Below the pieces are notes generated by a model. It made no database searches, had not been told where the DNA came from, and saw only the letters and a program-made list of their open reading frames with translations. A program made the position numbers and the translations under genes. From assembly GCF_000354175.2 (NCBI RefSeq), contig NC_022349.1:930001-962000 (forward strand): a DNA stretch of 32,000 nucleotides, read 5' to 3'. This DNA comes from Vibrio alginolyticus NBRC 15630 = ATCC 17749. GTDB lineage: Bacteria; Pseudomonadota; Gammaproteobacteria; Enterobacterales; Vibrionaceae. Positions 8,739-16,806 of this stretch are shown one piece after another (the stretch's first letter is position 1; each line of letters starts with the position of its first letter).

Positions 8739-9425
8739 GTGCCCGGCTCTATTGTTTCGCTCCTTAACGAAGAAGAAAAAACACAACTCTTCTCAAAACG
8801 CTCGCCTTTGCATTGCGATGCAGGGCATCAACTGTTTGAACGTGGCGAACCTGCGGAAAAAATGTATTTGGTAGAGAGAGGAAAAGTTTCATTGTTTCGT
8901 TTGATGCCAAACGGCGACGAAAAGCTGTTTCGAGTATTCATGGCGGGAGAAATGATTGCGGAAATGGCGATGTTTATGTCCCCAAGGACCTATCCGATGA
9001 GTGCCCGCGTCGTTCAGGACACCGAGCTGTCTGTTTTCCACTACCAAGATGTGTTAGCGGTGTTTACTCAATCTCCACAAACTTCATTAAAAGTAATGAA
9101 CTACATGACAAATCGCATCCACCAGCTGATGGATACCGTGAACATTTTGACGCAAGTAAACGCGAATCAAAGACTGGTGATGAAGCTGGCTGACTTCTAT
9201 CGCGCTCAATCGAGAAGCGAAGGGAAAATTACGTTACCCGTGACGAAAAAGCTGCTTGCAACACAGCTAGGTATGACGCCAGAGACGCTTTCTAGAACGT
9301 TCAAAAAACTGAAAAACGATGGTTTTATTACTGAGTGCGAAAGTCATATCACGCTGCTAGACATTCCCGCCATGTGCGAAGCCGTTGAACTGACACCAGA
9401 AATATTCCGACGCTCGAAGCGCTGA
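8739..9425 (+). CDS. Crp/Fnr-family transcriptional regulator (cNMP-binding-like domain plus C-terminal HTH)
   Basis: The beta-roll region (LFERGEPAEKMYLVERGKVSLFRL) and HTH (LATQLGMTPETLSRTFKKLKNDG) carry the FNR-class E--SR recognition motif. There is no N-terminal Cys cluster. GTG at 8739 follows AAGGAAAA; the track start is a TTG at 8703. Confidence 0.85.
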   Translation: MPGSIVSLLNEEEKTQLFSKRSPLHCDAGHQLFERGEPAEKMYLVERGKVSLFRLMPNGDEKLFRVFMAGEMIAEMAMFMSPRTYPMSARVVQDTELSVFHYQDVLAVFTQSPQTSLKVMNYMTNRIHQLMDTVNILTQVNANQRLVMKLADFYRAQSRSEGKITLPVTKKLLATQLGMTPETLSRTFKKLKNDGFITECESHITLLDIPAMCEAVELTPEIFRRSKR

Positions 9426-9444
9426 TGTCAACAAAACTGAATCA

Positions 9445-11065
9445 GTGAGAGGAGGCTTCAGATTGCTGCCACAACTCAATAAGCTCACCGAAGATCCCGG
9501 TGCGATGTTTTACTGCCCTGATCTCATCATCAAAGCCGCGAATTATGATCTAATCCAACAGCCCAATAATGTTGTTTTACTCGATACCATCGCCCAAGCT
9601 TATTCCGCAAATAGTAAGTTCGATGAATCAGCAAAAGTTCGAAGCAAATTCCTAATACTCGCTCGTAACGATTACGAACGCGCTAGTGCCCATTTCGACC
9701 GAGGCATGGCATTCACATTTGCAGGGAAACATGACGACGCTATTTCAGATTACACCCAAGCTATCCGAGTCATCCCATCGGCTGCGCTTTATGCCAACCG
9801 CGCCAGCAGTTACGCCAGTATAGGCAATTTAACTTCATCAATAACCGACTACACAACTGCTCTTTCAATGTCAGATACCGGAAGTGACAGCTATAATCGT
9901 CATCTCCTTTATCGTGCACAAGTTCTGACAAAAGCTGGACAATTTCCTGAAGCGATCACGGACTACCGGAGATTGATTGCGATAGCACCAAGTAATGTTG
10001 AAGCACGCAAGGCTCTCATTCTCGTGCTTGCAGATTCTGGAAAACTGGATGAGGCAAATATCAGTCTCATCGAATTTAAAGAAAAATTTCTAGAGGACTT
10101 CAAACAATTCAGGTCAAAACTGGTCAGAATTCCTACGTTAGCCGACCAATCGGGAATCTCTGCCTCCAACCGCCTCAAACCGCGTCTGGAGGCAAAAGGA
10201 GAGCGAGCATTGTTGCACCAAATCAAAGAACTTGTACGTGGTGGCAAGTGGATCATGTATGGTAAGAACCGTATAGAATATAAAGCCAGCCCTGCGACAT
10301 TGCGTCCCGCCCTATCAGGTCATCTTCAGATCGTTAACGTGACTTGCGTCAGCGATGGCCCTCAAAGTGACCTCCATCCTGTTACGAAAGGAGAGCGCCT
10401 TATTAAAGGATGTCCGAAAGACCTGCGACAATGGAATGTTTCAAACCTAATGGTCGATCTTTTAAAAGCAGACCCATTCTCACTTGATATTATTGAACCG
10501 ACTTCAACAATTTCTGTAGGTGAAGGAGCCATTCTTCAGTTTGGCTACACTAAGGATAAAGAGAAAATAGGATGGCGCGATTGTATTGACGATGGCATTT
10601 TTAGCTATCAGGCTTCAGGAGAGGAAACGCGACGAGGACTTATTCCACCAGGACTGTTCTGTAAGGGGCAAGCGAATTGCAGGCAAGTTAAAGCACTACT
10701 TTCCGATCTCATCAAACGGGTTCAGAGAGCTAACCCAGAGTCCGCTCCTTCCTATTGGGATACACTCGGGTATCAGATCAATCAGCGCTTGTGGATACCT
10801 GAACGATCTGGGAGCAATCAAAGAAGACGGAAGCGAAGACAAGACCACAATGGCAAACTTATTTGCTTCCCGTGGATATGGTTTAGGGCTTATAGAACGC
10901 TATAATGCCTCTCTTGCTGATTTGAATAAGGCGATTGCACTCGATCCGACTAAAGCCGTATACTTTGATGTTCGTGCTATCGCAGCTGACCATCTAGGGA
11001 AGTCGGAGCAAGCTTATAAGGATCGTGAAACAGCCTGCTCTCTAGAAAAAAAACACTGCAAATAG
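9445..11065 (+). pseudogene. TPR-repeat protein, apparently disrupted by a +1 frame change near 10780-10800
   Basis: The 486-aa ORF (TPR repeats such as AISDYTQAIRVIPSAALYANRASSY) ends in an implausible basic tail (SNQRRRKRRQDHNGK...). The overlapping +1-frame ORF (10586-11065) carries a further TPR-like unit, ANLFASRGYGLGLIERYNASLADLNKAIALDP. The true start may be the TTG at 9463 after GAGGAGG. Confidence 0.5.
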
Positions 11066-12058
11066 TGGAAAACTACTCAATTCTATCTTGGTTTGTCATT
11101 TGTCAAAATTCCCAATTCGCTACTATGGTGTAAGGTCATGAAGTCGGGGGGAAACAAACCAGTCTTTAGTGACTTCATCCGGCTCCTTTACTCCAACCAT
11201 AGACGCGGTCGAAAATGCGTTCGACGAATCAGCTGTATTTTGATCACTTTTCTCAAGTGTTAGCCTAGGTTTTGTGGATCTAAAACAACACTAACCACCA
11301 GTTCAGTTCCCATTGCGTACTGATTGAACTGCGTCTTGCTCGGTTTGTTTATCGCTTTTATACCTTAGTTCTTCAAATATCATTACTCTTCTTTCTCCTG
11401 CTCTAACTTGCTGTGGTAGAGTTCAAACAGGATTTGGTTGTCTAAGAATTGCATCACTAGGAACTCAGCAGATTATGTATTGTGGGGCTGCGGGTGATTT
11501 GCAGGTTTATGCGCTTGCTCGCATTAGCACATTTCAAAGACGCGCAGTCTCGAATCCAAATCACTAGGCTCCTCGAAATCAGCTGAAGCAGATTGAACAA
11601 ATAGGTACAAATACTCCTAGCTGAGGAGGCTGAAGGATTACATGAATGATCAACCAGCTTCTCTTAGCGCTGGGGGAGCGTAAGCAGTTACGCCCGTATA
11701 TTATGACCCGAGCGATGGATTCATCCGGTGGGCGATTAACTGATCGCGATATTCATGCTTATATTGTTAAGGAAGGTTTGGTAAGCACTATTATCCGGAT
11801 CCAATCTACTAATTGCTCAATCACATGGTTTTTCCTAGATAACTTCACGCCCCAAACAAACATCCCAATCAATCCCAGAGCCCCCAAGACGACTTTAAAA
11901 AAAATCGAAATTGAAGTCATCAAGATCCCAGAACACATGGAACTTGAAGTGGTAAATGTAGGTTCCCAGATGAAGCAAGTTTCGGTCAGCAAAATACCAC
12001 TGCCCACCTAAAGTGGCTGAGCATGGAACAAGACCATTCAACAAGAATCACCTACAAA

Positions 12059-12202
12059 AATAACGTGATACAAATCACATTTAAAAGTTATTTTCCGGTG
12101 TAACCCCAAATGTCACCCCAACCTAGGGCAAAATTTATTTTATTCATATAAAACAAAAACTTGAACAAAAAACCAGAATCCCTCTTAAATGCTTTGTTAT
12201 GG
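12059..12202 (-). repeat. Decayed terminal attC (R''/L'' end intact, R' end lost)
   Basis: The right end GAATCCCTCTTAAATGCTTTGTTATGG is canonical. Leftwards only patchy similarity remains (CTTGAACAAAAAACCA versus CTTGAGCTGAAAATGCCA), the AGCGTTGG arm is missing, and no TAACGCC box is present. Confidence 0.5.
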
Positions 12203-12679
12203 CGATGAACTCAAAGTTAGCTCTTGTATATCAATTTGGTCTACTTCCCTACCCAATATCCGCTTGTACTCGACTAAACGATTAACTGGGATGACTGGCA
12301 ACTCGATACCTTGATAATCTTTAAGAACTGATTCTGAAAAGTAGATTTCAAGCTGGTGCCAAGAACCATCTTGACGTGATTGTATCTTCGTATGTTGAGA
12401 CAAACCGATTTCAATTTTTTGACTTTGGTAAACCAACTGGAAATACTCTAAATCCCAACCATATTCGGCATAATGATCTAACGGCTTTGATATGTATTTT
12501 GCTACATGCGATAACACCTTGTCTGCGTCAGAGTTATGAATATAAAGATCTATATCTGCGATTTCCCGACTACCACCATGAATGGTTGCCGCTAACCCAC
12601 CGACTATTTGATACTCCACATCCTCTGCATCCAAGATTTCTTTGAGCCACTGCAAGGCTACTTTAACTTTATCACTCAT
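12197..12679 (-). CDS. Pol-beta-superfamily nucleotidyltransferase (small-molecule NTase-like)
   Basis: The N-terminal minimal NTase motif is VGGLAATIHGGSREIADIDLYI (GG...DxD). ATG follows AAGGGA. The TAA stop lies in the attC R'' box. Confidence 0.7.
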   Translation of the reverse strand: MSDKVKVALQWLKEILDAEDVEYQIVGGLAATIHGGSREIADIDLYIHNSDADKVLSHVAKYISKPLDHYAEYGWDLEYFQLVYQSQKIEIGLSQHTKIQSRQDGSWHQLEIYFSESVLKDYQGIELPVIPVNRLVEYKRILGREVDQIDIQELTLSSSP

Positions 12680-12709
12680 CTAGTTCCCTTAGCTGAATTT
12701 TGCCCTGCG

Positions 12710-12834
12710 CCATAACGCCTTGCTAAGGTGTGAAGTACGCAATGACCAAGCCGCCGCATGGCACTTCAACACCAAAAGCACCGCATACTAAAAATGCCAC
12801 GCGTGCTGAATCACGCTTAAGCAATTTGTTAGGT
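12710..12834 (-). repeat. attC site 1 (class B, long)
   Basis: + strand runs CATAACGCCTTGCTAAGGTGTGAAG...GCCACGCGTGCTGAATCACGCTTAAGCAATTTGTTAGG as an imperfect inverted repeat. Confidence 0.85.
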
Positions 12835-13305
12835 GCGTAACCACAGCTGATAAAAGTCAGTTTCATCGTGCTTTGGATTCTTACGCACAAACTCCCAATT
12901 ATGGCGCTTGTAAAAAGTAAGAGCCCTAGTGTTAGTTCGACTTACTGAAAGTACTGCACGCTTACAACCTGCTCTAAACAAGACATTTGCGATGTAATCC
13001 TGCAACTTAGGAGCTAGCCCTAAGCCACGGAAATTTGATTTTAAATAAATCAGATGCACATAACCAGTTTCAGGCTCTGGTGAAAAACTGCGAAACTCCA
13101 ACTGTCCTGCGAACTGACCAGAAACAAAAATATGAATGTAGAACTACTCTGGAGTCACCAAACGCTCAATAACTCGCTCGCGATAACCACTAATGAAATC
13201 ATCGAATCCGTCGTAATGACCGAAACTACAAAAGTATGCATCTTTTCTAGCATCAACACATAAGTCTAAATCATCGATACTTATTTGCCGAAAAGCGATT
13301 TCCAT
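12829..13305 (-). pseudogene. GNAT acetyltransferase interrupted by one in-frame TAG
   Basis: ATG at 13305 gives MEIAFRQISIDDLDLCVDARKD...ERLVTPE, then TAG (13146-13144), then the same frame continues FYIHIFVSGQFAGQLEFRSF...RGLGLAPKL (GNAT motif A). The track shows only the 90-aa distal piece. Confidence 0.7.
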
Positions 13306-13325
13306 ATCTACCTTTTCCCTCTAGC

Positions 13326-13453
13326 ACCTAACGCCGCATTAAGTGGTGAGCAACGCAGACCACCGCACTTAAAGTATTGTACCGTAAACACTAAATTCAA
13401 AGTAAACCAAAAATGCCGAGCGTTGGGAATCCGTCCTAAATGCTTTGTTAGCA
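13326..13453 (-). repeat. attC site 2 (class A, long)
   Basis: CTAACGCCGCATTAAGTGGTGAGCAACGC...GCCGAGCGTTGGGAATCCGTCCTAAATGCTTTGTTAGC. Confidence 0.9.
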
Positions 13454-13466
13454 ATATGGCTTAACC

Positions 13467-13862
13467 CTATGCACTGAACTCTTCTAATGCTGAAACTGCC
13501 GCTTCTGCTTTACCACTTTGAACAAAGATATGGTCGTGATAATAAGCTGCAATGACATTAGCACTAATACCCTTTGATGCTAACTTGCTAGCCACTGCTG
13601 CTGTAAGACCTACAGCTTCCAAACTGGAGTGCACCGTCAGAGTTATTTGACTATATGTACCATCAAACGACAAACCTGCCTTTTCTGCCGCTGATTTCTC
13701 TAGAACCAAAGTTAAACCCTCAGATTCAATAAACGTGGCAACTGGATTTAGGTCAACATAGTCTGCTAGCACACCAGAAACTGTACAAAACACAAACTCT
13801 GATTCCATTAGTTTTGGACTCATCGAACGCAATAATTCGTCTAGGTCTGTGATACCTGACAT
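13467..13862 (-). CDS. ACT-domain-like small protein (hypothetical)
   Basis: 131 aa. ATG follows AAGAGGAAA. The C-terminal half (ITLTVHSSLEAVGLTAAVASKLASKGISANVIAAYYHDHIFV) resembles an ACT ligand-binding fold. Confidence 0.6.
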   Translation of the reverse strand: MSGITDLDELLRSMSPKLMESEFVFCTVSGVLADYVDLNPVATFIESEGLTLVLEKSAAEKAGLSFDGTYSQITLTVHSSLEAVGLTAAVASKLASKGISANVIAAYYHDHIFVQSGKAEAAVSALEEFSA

Positions 13863-13880
13863 ATCGGTTTCCTCTTATAT

Positions 13881-13977
13881 TGCTAACGCCGCATTAAGGT
13901 GTGAGCAGCGCTTGGCTATATTTGAGCGAAGCGAAACTGCCAAGCGTTGCGAATCACTCTTAAATGCTTTGTTAGGT
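13881..13977 (-). repeat. attC site 3 (class C, short, ~97 bp)
   Basis: CTAACGCCGCATTAAGGTGTGAGCAGCGCTTGGCTATATTTGAGCGAAGCGAAACTGCCAAGCGTTGCGAATCACTCTTAAATGCTTTGTTAGG. Confidence 0.9.
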
Positions 13978-13979
13978 TT

Positions 13980-14459
13980 TTACGCAAATAGTTCACTAAA
14001 CTTCTCTGAATTCCAGACTGAAACAACTGGCGAATCTGATACAACCGCTTTGCTAAAACCATACTTTTCGCTTTTAGTAACGAAAGCTATGGGAACGCTT
14101 CTATATAATAAGGCTACTGAATTACCATCAGCCGACCATTGAAAGCTAAAATCTTGCTCTACTGTCTTCTCAATAATTGCTGTTTTGGAAACTAGCCCTT
14201 GGTGTAATTGTGGCGGTTCCCCTGCTCTCATTTTCTGCTTCCAAGATTCCTCGGAAACAGGCACGTACTGTATGTACGCAACAGCATCTCTTTCTGGCTT
14301 TTGAGTTTGAGGCTTAGTTAGGTAAAGCACCCCAGACTCTTCAAACTCATCGAGAATTGCATAACGTTCGGACACTTCGTTATATGAACTTAAAAACAAA
14401 CCCTCAGACATTACTACTCCTGACATCAACGTACACAAAATAAACAGAATTTTCTTCAT
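13980..14459 (-). CDS. Hypothetical secreted protein (159 aa)
   Basis: Signal peptide MKKILFILCTLMSGVVMSEG. ATG follows GGAG. Occupies the whole cassette. Confidence 0.6.
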   Translation of the reverse strand: MKKILFILCTLMSGVVMSEGLFLSSYNEVSERYAILDEFEESGVLYLTKPQTQKPERDAVAYIQYVPVSEESWKQKMRAGEPPQLHQGLVSKTAIIEKTVEQDFSFQWSADGNSVALLYRSVPIAFVTKSEKYGFSKAVVSDSPVVSVWNSEKFSELFA

Positions 14460-14471
14460 GTGACTCCGAAA

Positions 14472-14599
14472 ACCTAACGCCGCATTAAGGTGTGAGCAAC
14501 GCTACCACCAGACGAAACCTGTACGCCTTAAACACGAAACCCAACGATGACATAAAAAATGCCAAGCGTTGGGAATCACTCTTAAATGCCTTGTTAGTT
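14472..14599 (-). repeat. attC site 4 (class A)
   Basis: CCTAACGCCGCATTAAGGTGTGAGCAACGC...GCCAAGCGTTGGGAATCACTCTTAAATGCCTTGTTAGT. Confidence 0.9.
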
Positions 14600-14803
14600 T
14601 TTTGTTTCTAGAGAGTGCTTATTTTCCAAGTCTTCTACCTTATTTTTAAGTTTCTCTAACTTTCGAGAATAAATAAAGAAACCGATTTGAGAACATACTA
14701 CGGCCACATAGAACAGGTTATCTCTATGTTGAGCTGGAGCATCATTCCACAACCATATAGCGAAGACAGTGACAAGCACATAAGAAATAATATTTGAAAT
14801 CAT
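14594..14803 (-). CDS. Small two-TM membrane protein with a C-terminal coiled-coil-like tail (69 aa); second gene of a two-gene cassette
   Basis: Two hydrophobic helices (ISYVLVTVFAIWLW and FYVAVVCSQIGFFIY), then KLEKLKNKVEDLENK. Its ATG overlaps the upstream TGA (ATGA coupling). The TAA stop lies in attC R''. Confidence 0.55.
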   Translation of the reverse strand: MISNIISYVLVTVFAIWLWNDAPAQHRDNLFYVAVVCSQIGFFIYSRKLEKLKNKVEDLENKHSLETKN

Positions 14804-15354
14804 TGATGAAGCCCCGAAACCAATCGTACACTTCGATTTTCTAACTCTGTATTAACTTTTTTTAATTCAGACTTATTAAACGCAACAGATCCCCAAATGA
14901 CAAGCATAGCTAAACCACCTCTGCCAAGTTTACCTCTAGCTTTAGATTCCTTGTATAGGTCTTTGAGTCCAAGGCTTGAAGCACCAATACCTATATAACT
15001 AGCGAAATTGTCTAAAAAGCTATGAAAATCTTTATCAGACTGTAACTCTTTCTCAGTCATTGACCACATGCCATATTGTGGGTTAACAAAAGTAGTGTCT
15101 AGCGCTCCTGTTACTAGTTTTCCCATTAAGGCTCTATTCGAAACACTTCGTATCAGTTTCATAGCATCTACTCGTTGCTTCTGACTGAGATGTCTATACA
15201 AGATCATCGAACAAATCGCATCTACTTCTACTTTTCCAGTCCCAACAAGTAGTTCTGGTTTAAAACCGATTATTTTAGCTAATATTCTTAATTGTTCTTG
15301 CTCATGGCTTGGCAAATTATACGGTAAACTGCTAACTGAAATTACGTTACTCAT
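14800..15354 (-). CDS. Hypothetical protein (184 aa) with one C-terminal hydrophobic helix; first gene of a two-gene cassette
   Basis: The ORF fills the cassette. ATG at 15354 (the track start 15357 is a GTG). GGLAMLVIWGSVAF is a TM-like segment. I recognise no family. Confidence 0.6.
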   Translation of the reverse strand: MSNVISVSSLPYNLPSHEQEQLRILAKIIGFKPELLVGTGKVEVDAICSMILYRHLSQKQRVDAMKLIRSVSNRALMGKLVTGALDTTFVNPQYGMWSMTEKELQSDKDFHSFLDNFASYIGIGASSLGLKDLYKESKARGKLGRGGLAMLVIWGSVAFNKSELKKVNTELENRSVRLVSGLHQ

Positions 15355-15440
15355 CACTCATCCATGTATAATTTTAGGGCTTATTTTATGAAGTAAAAAG
15401 AACAACATATGCACTCAGTGGCGTATAGAAAATGTTATGA

Positions 15441-15567
15441 AACTAACGCCCTGTTAAGGGGTGAGCAACGCAATACTGAAGCCGCCGCATACCACCTTAA
15501 ACACTAAAAACCAACGCATAGCAAAAATGCCACGCGTTGCGAATCCCTCTTGAACAGTTTGTTAACT
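15441..15567 (-). repeat. attC site 5 (class B)
   Basis: ACTAACGCCCTGTTAAGGGGTGAGCAACGCAATACTGAAGCCGCCGCATACCACC...GCCACGCGTTGCGAATCCCTCTTGAACAGTTTGTTAAC. Confidence 0.9.
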
Positions 15568-15908
15568 GAGCGCCTTTCAGTTTTCGCCGATCTTTCAGCC
15601 ACTTTCGCCAAAGCTCGTTTTGCTAATTAATGATTAGCAAAGCTAACTCAAATATGTATTTAACCAAAAAATTACCGTTTATCTTTAGTTTGAAATGCGT
15701 CTCACAACACCATACTTCGGCGATGTAAGTGCGCCGAACTAATCGCGAATGCCTTATATTATTAGAAGGCTTTGTGCCGCCTTTCACATCAGTAAACTTA
15801 AGTATCAAACTGAAATTAGTCGCATTAGCTCAGCTAAGGAAACCGACCGAACACGTTAAATCTCTGAACCGAGAAACTGTATCATTGTGCTTTCGTATTT
15901 TCTGCGCC
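15568..15908. other. ORF-less integron cassette (341 bp)
   Basis: The only ORFs are 61 codons on each strand, TTG-initiated, without an RBS. Contains the long hairpin AGCT..TTGCTAAT-TAATG-ATTAGCAA-AGCT (15612-15644) and repeated CTTTCAG/TTTCGCC motifs. Confidence 0.6.
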
Positions 15909-16036
15909 AGTTAACGCCGCATTAAGGTGTGAGCAACGCTACCACCTGACCTAAACCATACCACCGTAAACACGAAACCCAACCTTGAGCTGAAAATGCC
16001 AAGCGTTGGGAATCACTCTTAAATGCTTTGTTATGT
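15909..16036 (-). repeat. attC site 6 (class A)
   Basis: GTTAACGCCGCATTAAGGTGTGAGCAACGCTACCACC...GCCAAGCGTTGGGAATCACTCTTAAATGCTTTGTTATG. Confidence 0.9.
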
Positions 16037-16104
16037 GCATTTTTCCACTTAACTCAACTTTCGTAGTTAACAAATATGCTACTGTTTGAGCAATAAATTA
16101 CATT

Positions 16105-16662
16105 ATGGCGGTTACTTTGGTTAGCGAAATACCTGAAGGTGCATTAGATACGCCTTATCGTAGAAATAAATACATCTGTGACCATATTTATGTAGCTTAC
16201 TCCCCGTCTATAGATGTCTTTAAAATAGGGATTACAAAGAACCCTAGGCATAGACTGTCTAACATGAAGTCTGTAGGTATTGGTGGTGTTAAGGATTGGG
16301 AATTTCACTGCGCTTACAAAGTGGGCGTACAAACTGCTCATAGCTATGAAGTCAGCATATCTCGTCAGCTCTATTGCTTTAATATTGAGCTTAACTATCT
16401 AAATAAAACCTCTGCAGACTACTCCCGAGAACTTTACAAGTGTGACATTAAGATAATCAAAGCTGCTTTTAAAAGTGTTGGTGTAATCATTCCGATCTCA
16501 AGCGAAGTGCTTCGGAAAAAATTTGTTGAGTTCGTTCCACAAACAAACTTTTTGAAATGGGTAAACTTAAATAGGGAGAATGTTGGCTTAAGCGCTATGA
16601 CGATGTTAGAACTCGAAAACTCTAAATTTTACACCATTCCCAATACTGCAAATTTTAGTTGA
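16105..16662 (+). CDS. T5orf172 / GIY-YIG-like domain protein, encoded antisense to the array
   Basis: HIYVAYSPSIDVFKIGITKNPRHRLSNM...SYEVSISRQL...SRELYKCD resembles the T5orf172 pattern (YV.....KIG.T.....R...L). It is the only credible cassette ORF on the + strand. Confidence 0.6.
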   Translation: MAVTLVSEIPEGALDTPYRRNKYICDHIYVAYSPSIDVFKIGITKNPRHRLSNMKSVGIGGVKDWEFHCAYKVGVQTAHSYEVSISRQLYCFNIELNYLNKTSADYSRELYKCDIKIIKAAFKSVGVIIPISSEVLRKKFVEFVPQTNFLKWVNLNRENVGLSAMTMLELENSKFYTIPNTANFS

Positions 16663-16674
16663 ATTTGATTGTGC

Positions 16675-16800
16675 ACATAACGCCCTGTTAAGGTGTGAGC
16701 AAGGTAATACCGATGCTACCGCATACCACGTTAAACACTAAAACCAACGCATAGTAAAAATGCCACGCGTTGCGAATCACTCTTAAACAGATTGTTATGT
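16675..16800 (-). repeat. attC site 7 (class B)
   Basis: ACATAACGCCCTGTTAAGGTGTGAGCAAGG...GCCACGCGTTGCGAATCACTCTTAAACAGATTGTTATG. Confidence 0.9.
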
Positions 16801-16806
16801 ACCGCC

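Noticed and set aside
11138-11263. 41-codon ORF (MKSGGNKPVFSDF...) with an AAGG RBS just after the TPR gene
   Set aside because: Too short, with no recognisable features. It overlaps an inverted repeat that may be structural. It cannot be supported from sequence alone.
11646-12011. 121-aa + ORF and the overlapping 82-aa minus ORF (11759-12007) in the region between the TPR gene and the last cassette
   Set aside because: No recognisable domains. The two are mutually exclusive and have poor start contexts. The 82-aa ORF has one TM-like segment and ends at a GTTAAG that vaguely resembles an R'' box, but the evidence is too thin to call a gene.
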